Positions 18,472 to 28,077 of a DNA stretch of 36,024 bases are shown here, in pieces. The notes under the pieces were generated by a model. That model was not told where the DNA came from and made no database searches. It saw only the letters and a program-made list of their open reading frames with translations. The stretch is from the IMG/VR virus record IMGVR_UViG_2778261396_000003, one strand, 5' to 3'. The stretch's first letter is position 1. Each line of letters starts with the position of its first letter. The DNA is from a virus (taxonomy: Duplodnaviria; Heunggongvirae; Uroviricota; Caudoviricetes). The position numbers and the translations under genes are program-made.

Positions 18472-18896
18472 ACCGGTTGCTGCTGGTTGTGCTGGCGTTA
18501 TTACTGGCGGCGCTGGGCTGGCAGACGTGGCGGCTGGCTGATGCCAGCCAGACCATCAGCACGCAGGCAGACGAGCTGCAGAGCAAAAGCCAGGAACTGG
18601 CAAAGAGCAACAGCCAGCTTATCAGCCTGTCCATTCTGGCTGAAACCAACAACCGGGAGCAGGCGCGGCTTTATGCCGACGCCGAACAGACCAGCGCACT
18701 GCTGAGACAACGACAACGCCGGATCGAGGAACTGAAACGTGAGAACGAGGATTTACGCCGCTGGGCTGATACTCCTTTGCCTGCTGACATTATCCGGCTG
18801 CGGGAACGTCCGGTACTCACCGGAGGTGCAGCTTACCGTCAGTGGTTGTCCGCGAGTGACGCCGTGTCGGCTGGAGCAGGCAGCGCCGCGCACTAA
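18468..18896 (+). CDS. lysB: i-spanin (Rz/LysB-like), 142 aa
   Basis: N-terminal TM anchor LLLVVLALLLAALGW followed by coiled-coil-like periplasmic region. Confidence 0.7.
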   Translation: MNRLLLVVLALLLAALGWQTWRLADASQTISTQADELQSKSQELAKSNSQLISLSILAETNNREQARLYADAEQTSALLRQRQRRIEELKRENEDLRRWADTPLPADIIRLRERPVLTGGAAYRQWLSASDAVSAGAGSAAH

Positions 18897-19029
18897 CGGT
18901 GATCTGAACGCGTTGCTGGATGAAACGGAAGCCGCCTGGGCGGTCTGTGCAGACAAAGTGGACATGATTATTGCGTGTCAGGAGCGAAACAGTGAACAAA
19001 CCACAATCCCTGCGCCACACCCTCAATAA
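18739..19029 (+). CDS. lysC: o-spanin lipoprotein (Rz1/LysC-like), 96 aa, starting inside lysB in another frame
   Basis: Signal peptide with lipobox LTLSGC. Confidence 0.6.
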   Translation: MRTRIYAAGLILLCLLTLSGCGNVRYSPEVQLTVSGCPRVTPCRLEQAAPRTNGDLNALLDETEAAWAVCADKVDMIIACQERNSEQTTIPAPHPQ

Positions 19030-19423
19030 AGCGGTGCCTTATGTCCGTAATAACCCGGACAAACTGCATCTGTTTGTGGATAACGGTTCGCTGGTTGCCA
19101 CGGGGGCCAGCTCCATGTCATGGGAGTACCGTTACACCCTGAACGTGGTGATAGAAGATTTCAGCGGCGACCAGAATCTGCTGATGGCCCCGGTTTTGCT
19201 GTGGCTGCGGAATAACCAGCCCGATGCCATCAATAATCCGACGTTACGGGAAAAGTTATTCACCTTTGAGGTGGATATTTTGCGCAACGATATCTGTGAT
19301 ATCAGCCTTAACCTGCAACTGACGGAGCGTGTGCTGGTCAGCACTGACGGCAGTGTGTCGAGCGTTGAAGCGATAACGGAACCTGATGAACCTGAAGAAA
19401 TGTGGACGGTGAAACGTGGCTGA
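18971..19423 (+). CDS. R: Tail completion protein (P2 gpR-like); true start may be GTG at 18992
   Basis: Position and size; AGGAGCG precedes GTG 18992. Confidence 0.75.
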   Translation: MRVRSETVNKPQSLRHTLNKAVPYVRNNPDKLHLFVDNGSLVATGASSMSWEYRYTLNVVIEDFSGDQNLLMAPVLLWLRNNQPDAINNPTLREKLFTFEVDILRNDICDISLNLQLTERVLVSTDGSVSSVEAITEPDEPEEMWTVKRG

Positions 19424-19862
19424 ACTGCAGAAAGTGGACGACTGGCTGAGTGCCTTGCTGGCGAATCTGGAGCCAGCCGCAAGAAGCCGTATGATGCGCC
19501 AGCTGGCGCAGGAACTGCGCCGGACACAGCAGCAGAATATCAGGATGCAGCGCAATCCTGACGGCAGCAGCTATGAACCGCGACGGTTAACAGCACGCAG
19601 TAAAAAAGGCCGTATCAAACGTCAGATGTTTGCAAAGCTGCGCACCACAAAATACCTGAAAACTGCCGCCAGCGCTGATTCTTCCAGCGTACAGTTTGAA
19701 GGTAAGGTGCAGCGTATTGCCCGCGTTCATCACTACGGCTTACGTGATCGCGTCAGTCGCAAAGGACCTGAGGTCCGTTACGCAGAGCGTCGCCTTCTGG
19801 GTGTAAATGATGATGTTGAGGCAATGACCCGCGACATGATTCTGCAATGGCTGGCGGGGTGA
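19416..19862 (+). CDS. S: Tail completion protein (P2 gpS-like), 148 aa, GTG start
   Basis: Position and size; start overlaps R stop. Confidence 0.8.
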   Translation: MAELQKVDDWLSALLANLEPAARSRMMRQLAQELRRTQQQNIRMQRNPDGSSYEPRRLTARSKKGRIKRQMFAKLRTTKYLKTAASADSSSVQFEGKVQRIARVHHYGLRDRVSRKGPEVRYAERRLLGVNDDVEAMTRDMILQWLAG

Positions 19863-19866
19863 TCTT

Positions 19867-19884
19867 TGTATCAGCACTGATACA
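19867..19884. promoter_or_regulatory. Ogr-type late-promoter dyad TGT-N12-ACA upstream of V
   Basis: TGTATCAGCACTGATACA, itself an 8-2-8 palindrome, ~50-65 bp upstream of V start. Confidence 0.55.
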
Positions 19885-19930
19885 AGTTGCAGCACTGCCG
19901 GCTTTCTTCCCCTGATGGCAACCTTTCCCT

Positions 19931-20509
19931 ATGAACGCACAATTAACCGAAATCATGCGCCTTATCATCAACCTGATCCGCACAGGTGTAGTCACCGAAG
20001 TGGACCGGGAAAACTGGCTTTGCCGGGTGAAAACGGGCGACCTTGAAACCAACTGGATCAGCTGGCTGACGCTGCGTGCCGGGAATGCCCGCACATGGTG
20101 GCGACCATCGGAAGGTGAACAGGTTGTGCTGCTGAGTCTGGGCGGCAATCTTGAAACCGCCTTTGCGTTGCCCGCTGTCTATTCGAATCAGTTCGCTCCA
20201 CCGTCGACGTCGGCGGACGCCTGCGTGACAGAACATCCTGACGGTGGCTGGTTTGAATACGAACCCGCCACCGGGCGCTGGTATGTCAGGGGCATCAAAT
20301 CAATGGTCATTGAGGCCGCTGACAACATCACCATGAAAACCACTGAGTTTGTACTGGAGGCTGACCGCACGCGCATTAACAGCGAAGTGGTGATCAATGG
20401 TGGCGTTACCCAGGGCGGCGGAGCGATGAGTTCTAACGGGATCGTGGTTGATGCGCATCAGCATACTGGCGTCCTGAAAGGCGGCGATACAACCGGAGGC
20501 CCGGTATGA
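19931..20509 (+). CDS. V: Baseplate spike/assembly protein (P2 gpV-like), 192 aa
   Basis: Position and size. Confidence 0.85.
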   Translation: MNAQLTEIMRLIINLIRTGVVTEVDRENWLCRVKTGDLETNWISWLTLRAGNARTWWRPSEGEQVVLLSLGGNLETAFALPAVYSNQFAPPSTSADACVTEHPDGGWFEYEPATGRWYVRGIKSMVIEAADNITMKTTEFVLEADRTRINSEVVINGGVTQGGGAMSSNGIVVDAHQHTGVLKGGDTTGGPV

Positions 20510-20865
20510 CGCTTTATAGCGGGATGAACAATACCAGCGGCAAAGTCATTACTGATATTGATCATCTGCGCCAGTCTGTGCGGGACATTCTGCTGACACC
20601 GCAGGGCAGCCGCATTGCCCGCCGGGAATATGGTTCCCTGCTGTCGGCACTGATAGACCAGCCACAAAATCCGGCGTTACGCCTGCAGGTCATGTCGGCA
20701 GTGTATGTGGCGCTGAGTCGCTGGGAGCCACGGCTGACGCTGGATTCCATCACCATTAACGGCAATTTTGACGGTTCAATGGTGGTGGAGCTGACCGGGC
20801 GGCGTAATAACGGTGTGCCTGTTTCCCTTTCCGTATCAACAGGAGTAGAGAATGGCAGTGATTGA
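20506..20865 (+). CDS. W: Baseplate protein (P2 gpW-like), 119 aa
   Basis: Position and size. Confidence 0.85.
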   Translation: MTLYSGMNNTSGKVITDIDHLRQSVRDILLTPQGSRIARREYGSLLSALIDQPQNPALRLQVMSAVYVALSRWEPRLTLDSITINGNFDGSMVVELTGRRNNGVPVSLSVSTGVENGSD

Positions 20866-21760
20866 TCTTTCGCAGTTGCCTGCGCCGCAGATTGTGGATG
20901 TGCCTGACTTTGAGACGCTGCTTGCCGAACGCAAGGCAGAATTTGTGGCGCTTCATCCGAAAGATGAGCAGGAAGCCGTGATCCGCACGCTGGAACTGGA
21001 ATCTGAACCCGTCACCAAATTGTTGCAGGAGAACGCTTACCGTGAGTTGCTTCTGCGCCAGCGCATTAACGAAGCCGCGCAGGCGGTGATGGTGGCTTAC
21101 GCGATGGGCGGCGATCTGGACCAAATCGCTGCCAACTACAACGTGAAACGCCTGACGGTGACGCCTGCTGATAATGACGTTGTGCCACCCGTTGCGGCTG
21201 TGATGGAAAGTGATGAAGCGTTACGCCTGCGTGTGCCTGCAGCCTTTGAAGGGCTTTCAGTTGCGGGGCCAACTGCAGCTTATGAGTTTCATGCACGAAG
21301 CGCTGACGGTCGGGTGGCGGATGCCAGTGCAACCAGCCCGGCACCTGCAGAGGTGGTGCTGACTGTCCTTAGCCGCGAAGGCGATGGAACTGCAGAAAAA
21401 GACCTGCTGGATGTGGTGGAGAAAGCCCTGAACAGTGAGAACGTCCGCCCGGTGGCTGACCGTCTGACGGTTCGCAGCGCAGAAATCATCCCGTACCGCG
21501 TGGAAGCCACCATTTTTCTCTATCCGGGGCCGGAAGCAGAGCCGGTAATGGCAGCGGCAAAAGCCAGCCTGCAGAGGTACATCGCCAGTCAGACGCGGCT
21601 GGGTCGGGATATTCGCCGTAGCGCCATTTTTGCCGCCCTGCATGTGGAGGGTGTGCAGCGTGTGGAACTGGCTTCCCCGCTGGCGGATGTGGTCCTGAAC
21701 AAAACGCAGGCGGCATCATGTACGCAGTGGAGCGTGACCAACGGGGGAACGGATGAATAG
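20852..21760 (+). CDS. J: Baseplate protein (P2 gpJ-like), 302 aa
   Basis: Position and size. Confidence 0.85.
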   Translation: MAVIDLSQLPAPQIVDVPDFETLLAERKAEFVALHPKDEQEAVIRTLELESEPVTKLLQENAYRELLLRQRINEAAQAVMVAYAMGGDLDQIAANYNVKRLTVTPADNDVVPPVAAVMESDEALRLRVPAAFEGLSVAGPTAAYEFHARSADGRVADASATSPAPAEVVLTVLSREGDGTAEKDLLDVVEKALNSENVRPVADRLTVRSAEIIPYRVEATIFLYPGPEAEPVMAAAKASLQRYIASQTRLGRDIRRSAIFAALHVEGVQRVELASPLADVVLNKTQAASCTQWSVTNGGTDE

Positions 21761-22358
21761 TCTGCTGCCACCGGGTTCAACACCACTGGAGCGCCGACTG
21801 GCGCACACCTGCAGCGGGATTTCTGATCTGCAGGTGCCACTGCGTGACTTGTGGAATCCGGCGACCTGTCCGGTCAGTTTCCTGCCTTATCTCGCCTGGG
21901 CGTTCTCTGTGGATCGCTGGGACGAGAGCTGGACGGAAAGCGTCAAGCGCCAGGTGGTGAAGGATGCTTTTTATATTCATCAGCATAAAGGGACCACCAG
22001 TGCCGTGCGGCGGGTGGTGGAGCCGTTCGGCTTTCTGATCCGCATTATTGAGTGGTGGCAGACCGGAGAGGCACCGGGCACGTTTCGCCTGGATATCGGC
22101 GTGCAGGACCAGGGCATCACTGAAGATACCTATCTGGAACTTGAGCGACTGATAAGCGATGCCAAACCATGTAGCCGCCACATGATCGGCATGTCCATCA
22201 ATCTGCAGACCAGCGGCCCGCATTGGGTGGGAGCCGCCAGCTATCTTGGCGAAGAAATCACGATCTATCCGTATATCAACGAAACGATTATTTCCGGTGG
22301 CACCGCGCATGAAGGCGGGGCGGTCCATGTTATTGACACAATGAGAGTGAATCCATGA
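21753..22358 (+). CDS. I: Baseplate/tail protein (P2 gpI-like), 201 aa
   Basis: Position and size. Confidence 0.85.
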   Translation: MNSLLPPGSTPLERRLAHTCSGISDLQVPLRDLWNPATCPVSFLPYLAWAFSVDRWDESWTESVKRQVVKDAFYIHQHKGTTSAVRRVVEPFGFLIRIIEWWQTGEAPGTFRLDIGVQDQGITEDTYLELERLISDAKPCSRHMIGMSINLQTSGPHWVGAASYLGEEITIYPYINETIISGGTAHEGGAVHVIDTMRVNP

Positions 22359-23854
22359 GCACAAAATTTTATACCCTGCTGACGGATATTGGCGCGGCGA
22401 AACTTGCCAGCGCCGCCGCGCTCGGTGTGCCGCTAAAAATTACCCATATGGCGGTGGGCGATGGCGGCGGAGTATTGCCAACGCCGGACGCAAAGCAGAC
22501 GGCACTGGTAAATGAGAAACGCCGGGCTGCGCTGAATATGCTTTATATCGACCCGCAGAATAGCAGCCAGATTATTGCTGAACAGGTGATCCCTGAAAAC
22601 GAGGGCGGTTGGTGGATACGTGAAGTGGGCCTGTTTGATGAGTCCGGGGCATTGATTGCCGTGGGCAACTGCCCGGAAAGCTATAAGCCGCAACTGGCTG
22701 AAGGCAGCGGGCGCACCCAGACCGTGCGCATGGTGCTGATTACCAGCAGTACGGACAATATCACCCTGAAAATCGACCCTGCTGTAGTGCTGGCAACCCG
22801 CAAGTATGTGGATGACAAGGTACTGGAGCTGAAGGTGTACGTGGATGACCTGATGGCAAAACATCTTGCTGCACAGGACCCACATTCACAGTACGCGCCA
22901 AAAGCCAGCCCGACATTTACCGGAACCCCCAAAGCGCCAACGCCAGCGGCGGGGAATAATACCACGCAGGTTGCGACCACTGCGTTTGTACAGGCGGCAC
23001 TGACGGCCCTTATTAATGGTGCGCCAGCCACGCTGGACACGCTGAAAGAAATAGCCGCAGCCATTAACAATGATCCGAATTTCAGTACCACCATTAACAA
23101 TGCGCTGGCACTAAAAGCACCGTTGTCGAGTCCGGCACTCACCGGAACGCCAACAGCCCCCACGGCGGCGCAGTCGGTCAACAATACACAGATTGCCACC
23201 ACGGCTTTTGTGAAATCAGCAATTGCGGCAATGGTGGGTTCTGCCCCTGCGGCACTGGATACACTGAATGAACTGGCGGCGGCGCTGGGGAATGACCCTA
23301 ACTTTTCAACAACAGTGCTTAATGCACTGGCAGGCAAACAACCGCTGGACAATACGCTTACTAATTTGAGTGGAAAGGATGTGGCTGGTCTTCTCGCATA
23401 CCTTGGTTTGGGAGAAGGCTCTGCATTACCTGTTGGTGTCCCTGTTCCGTGGCCTTCAGCTACGCCGCCAACAGGCTGGCTGAAATGCAATGGCGCTGCC
23501 TTTGATAAGGTTAAATATCCCCGTCTTGCTACAGCATATCCATCAGGGAAACTACCTGATCTCCGCGGTGAGTTTATTCGTGGCTGGGATGATGGGCGCG
23601 GCATTGATACAGGGCGTGCTTTATTGAGTATTCAGAGTGATGAAGTCAGAAAGCTCGCATTAAAATACTGGGGACCAGCTTCAATCGGTTCACCATCAAA
23701 AACATTTGCACTCAGCGAAAGTGCCGGTGGCGGGTTGTACACGGATGGAATAAGTCAGGCAAGCGGTGGGATTATCAACGCTTTTCAGCTCCCCGGCGGG
23801 AGTGAAACCCGTCCACGAAATATTGCATTTAACTATATCGTGAGGGCTGCATAA
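22355..23854 (+). CDS. H: Tail fibre protein (P2 gpH-like), 499 aa; constant N-terminal part plus variable C-terminus inside the invertible segment (current orientation)
   Basis: Position, size, and internally duplicated NDPNFSTT-containing units; the 26-bp crossover site falls at codons ~346-354 (LGLGEG). Confidence 0.85.
   Translation: MSTKFYTLLTDIGAAKLASAAALGVPLKITHMAVGDGGGVLPTPDAKQTALVNEKRRAALNMLYIDPQNSSQIIAEQVIPENEGGWWIREVGLFDESGALIAVGNCPESYKPQLAEGSGRTQTVRMVLITSSTDNITLKIDPAVVLATRKYVDDKVLELKVYVDDLMAKHLAAQDPHSQYAPKASPTFTGTPKAPTPAAGNNTTQVATTAFVQAALTALINGAPATLDTLKEIAAAINNDPNFSTTINNALALKAPLSSPALTGTPTAPTAAQSVNNTQIATTAFVKSAIAAMVGSAPAALDTLNELAAALGNDPNFSTTVLNALAGKQPLDNTLTNLSGKDVAGLLAYLGLGEGSALPVGVPVPWPSATPPTGWLKCNGAAFDKVKYPRLATAYPSGKLPDLRGEFIRGWDDGRGIDTGRALLSIQSDEVRKLALKYWGPASIGSPSKTFALSESAGGGLYTDGISQASGGIINAFQLPGGSETRPRNIAFNYIVRAA
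22904..23347 (+). repeat. Tandem internal duplication in H (two ~74-codon units, aa 184-257 and 258-331)
   Basis: ..TGTPKAPTPAAGNNTTQVATTAFV..GAPATLDTLKEIAAAINNDPNFSTT..ALALKAPL vs ..TGTPTAPTAAQSVNNTQIATTAFV..SAPAALDTLNELAAALGNDPNFSTT..ALAGKQPL; diverged at nucleotide level. Confidence 0.6.
23391..23416. other. Left 26-bp crossover site of tail-fibre invertible segment (gix/hix-like): TTCTCGCATACCTTGGTTTGGGAGAA
   Basis: Matches the reverse complement of the site at 25233-25258 at 21/26 positions, including an identical 14-bp arm TTGGTTTGGGAGAA. Confidence 0.6.
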
Positions 23855-24456
23855 TGGATAACGCCGTATTAAATAGCGAGCTTATTGCCACGAAGGCGGG
23901 GAATATTACCGTCTATAACTATGATGGTGAAACTCGGGAATATATTTCCACATCAAATGAATATCTTGCCATTGGTGTCGGTATCCCTGCATATTCCTGT
24001 TTAGATGCGCCAGTTACACATAAAGCTGGTTATGCTATCTGCCGCTCAGCAGATTTTAACTCATGGGAATATGTGCCAGACCATCGCGGTGAAATCGTCT
24101 ATAGCACAGAAACAGGAGAATCAAAAGAAATCACAGCTCCGGGTGATTACCCTGAAAATACAACCACTATCGCCCCTTTATCTCCATACGATAAATGGGA
24201 TGGTGAGAAATGGGTGACCGATACTGAGGCACAGCATAGCGCCGCAGTCGAAGCGGCAGAAGCACAGCGCCAGTCACTGATTGATGCTGCTATGGCTTCC
24301 ATCAGTCTGATTCAACTGAAATTGCAGGCCGGACGGAAACTGACGCAGGCAGAAACAACCCGACTTAACGCCGTGCTGGATTACACTGACGCGGTGACGG
24401 CAACAGATACCAGCACCGCGCCGGATGTCATCTGGCCTGAACTGCCGGAGGCGTAG
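23854..24456 (+). CDS. G: Tail fibre assembly chaperone (P2 gpG-like), 200 aa, inside invertible segment
   Basis: Immediately follows H; convergent with a second assembly gene. Confidence 0.75.
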   Translation: MDNAVLNSELIATKAGNITVYNYDGETREYISTSNEYLAIGVGIPAYSCLDAPVTHKAGYAICRSADFNSWEYVPDHRGEIVYSTETGESKEITAPGDYPENTTTIAPLSPYDKWDGEKWVTDTEAQHSAAVEAAEAQRQSLIDAAMASISLIQLKLQAGRKLTQAETTRLNAVLDYTDAVTATDTSTAPDVIWPELPEA

Positions 24457-24868
24457 GCCATTCAATATCTGGAGCACTGGAAATATCAACCATTTCCAGT
24501 GCGTCCAGATAATCAAGCCATGAATTATATTGCGCCAGTTCCTCACCTTTCAGACGACCAATAGCAGCCTTTCCTGGCCACTGCTTACTGTTAATATATT
24601 CATTAACTCGATTTATGAGTGCCTGTTTTTTTCGTTCCGCTTCTGACAGTTGTTCTTCATGAGTTAGCGGCGGTACGTCATCCCATGCAGGATAGCCATC
24701 ATCACCCGCAACTCTCACCTTCCCTGGAGGTGAGGACAGGTACTTAATAAATATATCCTCATCAACTTCAACTCCATTATGAGGCCATAACCCAGACTCC
24801 TTATACTGACTTTCCAGAGTAAATGGGTAAAACATATTAGTTTTAGCATCGTAAAGATATTTACTCAT
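24428..24868 (-). CDS. Alternative tail fibre assembly chaperone (G'), 146 aa
   Basis: ATG at 24868 (minus strand) preceded by AGGAAG; convergent and overlapping G by 29 nt; follows the alternative H C-terminal exon. Confidence 0.7.
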   Translation of the reverse strand: MSKYLYDAKTNMFYPFTLESQYKESGLWPHNGVEVDEDIFIKYLSSPPGKVRVAGDDGYPAWDDVPPLTHEEQLSEAERKKQALINRVNEYINSKQWPGKAAIGRLKGEELAQYNSWLDYLDALEMVDISSAPDIEWPTPPAVQAR

Positions 24869-24869
24869 T

Positions 24870-25245
24870 TTATCTTCCTGTAGCAAACCAGCGGCAACCA
24901 GCGACAGTTGGAACATTGAAGGATGGATTTCCTTTATCAAGAGATCCCAGGTTCTCTGCTATGACATTTGAGTTAGTCAATTTATAGAATTGCCATACTG
25001 ACATTTTCCCTGCCACAGGAGCCTGGTCATGTTCATTAATAGAAATGACGGCTGTCGGAAATGGGATAGGAAAATTAATCAAAACTTCATTTGTTGTGGC
25101 CCCAGTTAGCCCCCATTGTTCAATATAACCATCCGGGCTTCGCCTCCATCCCGTCGTTGTATCTCCCCCACACTCCCACGCTGACATATCAGGAATTTGG
25201 TTTTGCCCGTTACCCACATCCCGTTTTGCCGCTTCTCCCAAACCA
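24870..25245 (-). other. Promoter-less alternative C-terminal tail-fibre exon (Hv'), fused in frame to H after inversion
   Basis: Minus-strand ORF with no plausible start of its own; its translation crosses the right crossover site with the same ..GLGE.. junction as H. Confidence 0.6.
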
Positions 25246-25258
25246 ACGTTTATGAAAA
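25233..25258. other. Right 26-bp crossover site of invertible segment: TTCTCCCAAACCAACGTTTATGAAAA
   Basis: Resembles hixL/gix as recalled (TTCTTGAAAACCAAGGTTTTTGATAA); inverted relative to 23391-23416; ~55 bp upstream of invertase. Confidence 0.6.
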
Positions 25259-25313
25259 TGCAGAGATAACGGCTAACTGGCATCATCCCCGGTTTTTATT
25301 CAGGGGATTGATC

Positions 25314-25880
25314 ATGCTTATTGGCTATGTACGCGTGTCAACAAATGACCAGAACACCGATTTGCAACGTAATGCACTGAACTGCGCGGGATGTGAGCGG
25401 ATTTTTGAGGACAAAATCAGTGGCACTAAGTCCGACAGACCGGGACTGAAAAAACTGCTCAGGACATTATCGGCAGGTGACACTCTGGTTGTCTGGAAGC
25501 TGGACAGGTTGGGGCGCAGTATGCGGCATCTCGTTACGCTGATAGAAGAGCTGCGCCAGCGTGGCGTGAATTTCCGAAGCCTGACTGACAGTATTGATAC
25601 CAGTACCCCAATGGGCCGTTTCTTTTTTCATGTCATGGGGGCCCTGGCTGAAATGGAGCGCGAACTGATAGTTGAACGTACCAGGGCGGGGCTGGCTGCA
25701 GCTCGCGCCAAAGGCAGAGTAGGTGGACGCCGTCCTAAGTTGATCACCGAACAGTGGGCACAGATTGGACGTTTACTCGAGGCCGGAGAATCAAGACAGC
25801 GTATTGCACTGATTTTTGATGTAGGTGTTTCCACAATTTATAGAAAATTTCCGGCAAATAAGAGCAATGAATCCCCCTGA
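25314..25880 (+). CDS. Serine DNA invertase (Hin/Gin/Pin/Cin family), 188 aa
   Basis: N-terminal catalytic motif MLIGYVRVSTNDQNTDLQ and C-terminal HTH (GESRQRIALIFDVGVSTIYR); internal ATG chosen over ORF-track start 25197. Confidence 0.9.
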   Translation: MLIGYVRVSTNDQNTDLQRNALNCAGCERIFEDKISGTKSDRPGLKKLLRTLSAGDTLVVWKLDRLGRSMRHLVTLIEELRQRGVNFRSLTDSIDTSTPMGRFFFHVMGALAEMERELIVERTRAGLAAARAKGRVGGRRPKLITEQWAQIGRLLEAGESRQRIALIFDVGVSTIYRKFPANKSNESP

Positions 25881-25928
25881 ATCAGCATTATGTTGATTAT
25901 CCCTGCAAGCAGACAAATACCGTCATTT

Positions 25929-25946
25929 TGTATGAATAACGGTACA
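25929..25946. promoter_or_regulatory. Ogr-type late-promoter dyad TGT-N12-ACA upstream of FI
   Basis: TGTATGAATAACGGTACA, ~77-94 bp upstream of FI start. Confidence 0.5.
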
Positions 25947-26022
25947 ACTGCGCTTAGCTGTTTGTCAGGCACAATCACTTCAACATAGGGCGAAGCCTAA
26001 TCCAATCAGGAGGTTCGCCACT

Positions 26023-27195
26023 ATGGCTCAGGATTACCACCACGGGGTGCGCGTTGTTGAAGTCAACGAAGGCACCCGATCCATTACCACGGTGAGCACC
26101 GCCATCGTGGGTATGGTCTGCACGGGCGATGATGCCGATGCAAAAATGTTTCCTCTTAATAAACCCGTGCTGATCACTGATGTGCTGACTGCCAGCGGTA
26201 AAGCGGGTGAGTCCGGTACTCTGGCCCGTTCGCTGGATGCCATCGCTGACCAGGCAAAACCCGTGACCGTTGTTGTGCGTGTGCCGCAGGGTGAAACGGA
26301 AGACGAAACCACGACCAATATCATCGGCGCAGTGACTGCTGAAGGTAAAAAAACAGGTATGAAAGCCCTGTTATCTGCCCAGTCACAGCTCGGCGTTAAA
26401 CCGCGCATTCTCGGCGTGCCAGGCCACGATAACAAAGCCGTTGCGACTGAGTTGCTGAGCGTGGCGCAAAGCCTGCGTGGGTTTGCTTACCTGTCAGCGT
26501 ATGGCTGCAAGACGGTACAGGAGGCGATCACTTACCGTGAAAACTTCAGCCAGCGCGAAGGGATGCTGATCTGGCCTGACTTTACGGGCTGGGACACGGT
26601 GCTGAATGCCGAAGCAACGGCATATGCCACCGCCCGTGCGCTCGGTCTGCGCGCCAAAATTGATGAGCAGACCGGATGGCACAAAAGCCTGTCCAACGTG
26701 GGCGTGAACGGTGTCACCGGAATTTCTGCTGATGTGTTCTGGGATCTGCAGGATCCGGCAACCGATGCAGGTCTGCTTAACCAGAACGACGTTACCACGC
26801 TTATCCGCAAAGACGGTTTCCGCTTCTGGGGTTCCCGCTGTCTGAGCGATGACCCGCTCTTTGCCTTCGAAAACTACACCCGCACGGCGCAGGTACTGAT
26901 GGACACGATGGCAGAAGCGCACATGTGGGCAGTGGACAAACCGCTGAATCCGTCGCTGGCCCGCGACATTATCGAAGGTATCCGCGCCAAAATGCGCAGC
27001 CTGGTCAGTCAGGGGTATCTCATTGGTGGTGATTGCTGGCTGGACGAGTCGGTGAACGACAAAGACACTCTGAAAGCCGGGAAACTCACTATCGACTACG
27101 ACTACACGCCAGTGCCGCCACTTGAAAACCTGATGCTGCGTCAGCGCATCACCGATCAGTACCTGGTGAATTTCGCCAGCCAGGTCAGCGCGTAA
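26023..27195 (+). CDS. FI: Contractile tail sheath protein (P2 gpFI-like), 390 aa
   Basis: Position and size. Confidence 0.9.
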   Translation: MAQDYHHGVRVVEVNEGTRSITTVSTAIVGMVCTGDDADAKMFPLNKPVLITDVLTASGKAGESGTLARSLDAIADQAKPVTVVVRVPQGETEDETTTNIIGAVTAEGKKTGMKALLSAQSQLGVKPRILGVPGHDNKAVATELLSVAQSLRGFAYLSAYGCKTVQEAITYRENFSQREGMLIWPDFTGWDTVLNAEATAYATARALGLRAKIDEQTGWHKSLSNVGVNGVTGISADVFWDLQDPATDAGLLNQNDVTTLIRKDGFRFWGSRCLSDDPLFAFENYTRTAQVLMDTMAEAHMWAVDKPLNPSLARDIIEGIRAKMRSLVSQGYLIGGDCWLDESVNDKDTLKAGKLTIDYDYTPVPPLENLMLRQRITDQYLVNFASQVSA

Positions 27196-27204
27196 GGGGA
27201 CAAC

Positions 27205-27720
27205 ATGGCTTTACCACGCAAATTAAAACACCTGAACCTGTTTAACGACGGGAACAACTGGCAGGGGATCGTTGAGTCGCTGACGCTGCCGAAATTCACC
27301 CGCAAATATGAGAAGTATCGCGGCGGCGGAATGCCGGGGGCGGTGGATGTGGATCTGGGGCTTGATGACAGTGCTCTGGACACAGAATTTTCCATTGGTG
27401 GTACTGAACTGCTGCTGTTTAAGCAGATGGGCAAAGCCACTGTGGATGGCATCCAGCTGCGCTTTACTGGCTCTATCCAGCGTGACGATACCGGGGAAGT
27501 GCAGGCTGTGGAGCTTGTGGTGCGAGGACGTCACAAAGAAGTGGATTCCGGCGAGTGGAAGACGGGCGAAAGCAACACCACCAAAGTGACCAGTACCAAC
27601 AGCTACGCGAAGCTGACCATCAATGGTGAGGTGCTCTATGAAGTGGACCTTATCAACATGGTGGAAATTGTGGACGGTGTGGACCTGATGGAAGCGCACC
27701 GCAACGCCCTCGGCCTCTGA
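27205..27720 (+). CDS. FII: Tail tube protein (P2 gpFII-like), 171 aa
   Basis: Position and size. Confidence 0.9.
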   Translation: MALPRKLKHLNLFNDGNNWQGIVESLTLPKFTRKYEKYRGGGMPGAVDVDLGLDDSALDTEFSIGGTELLLFKQMGKATVDGIQLRFTGSIQRDDTGEVQAVELVVRGRHKEVDSGEWKTGESNTTKVTSTNSYAKLTINGEVLYEVDLINMVEIVDGVDLMEAHRNALGL

Positions 27721-27774
27721 TGTATCTGAACGGCGCGGGATACCGCGCCAGAACCCAATTTACAGGACAATAAA

Positions 27775-28077
27775 ATGAGCGATAAGCAGACTGAAAAGAC
27801 CATTCAACTGGATACCCCCATCATGCGCGGTAAAACAGAAATTACCGAAATTGTGCTGCGTAAACCGCAGTCCGGTGCGCTGCGCGGTATACGCCTGCAG
27901 GCCATTATGGATATGGATGTGAACGCGATGATGACCGTGATCCCCCGCATTTCCAGTCCGGCACTGACCGCACAAGAAATTGCAGAGATGGACCCGGCAG
28001 ATCTCACCGCTATGTCGGTTGAGGTTGTCACTTTTTTGTTGAAGAAGTCGGTGCTTGCCGGTTTACCGACAGCCTGA
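27775..28077 (+). CDS. E: Tail assembly chaperone (P2 gpE-like), 100 aa
   Basis: Position between FII and tape measure; contains slippery run near its 3' end. Confidence 0.8.
   Translation: MSDKQTEKTIQLDTPIMRGKTEITEIVLRKPQSGALRGIRLQAIMDMDVNAMMTVIPRISSPALTAQEIAEMDPADLTAMSVEVVTFLLKKSVLAGLPTA

Noticed and set aside
22681-23604. 307-aa minus-strand ORF opposite the tail fibre gene H
   Set aside because: Antisense shadow of the repetitive Ala/Thr/Gly-rich tail-fibre sequence; no independent support.
25197-25313. ORF-track N-terminal extension of the invertase (and similar extensions for dam at 5495, apl at 3387, lysA at 18022, ogr at 32918, the DinI-like gene at 9104)
   Set aside because: Extensions run through promoters, crossover sites or upstream genes. 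Internal ATGs with good RBS give proteins of the expected family length and N-terminal motifs, so starts were trimmed.
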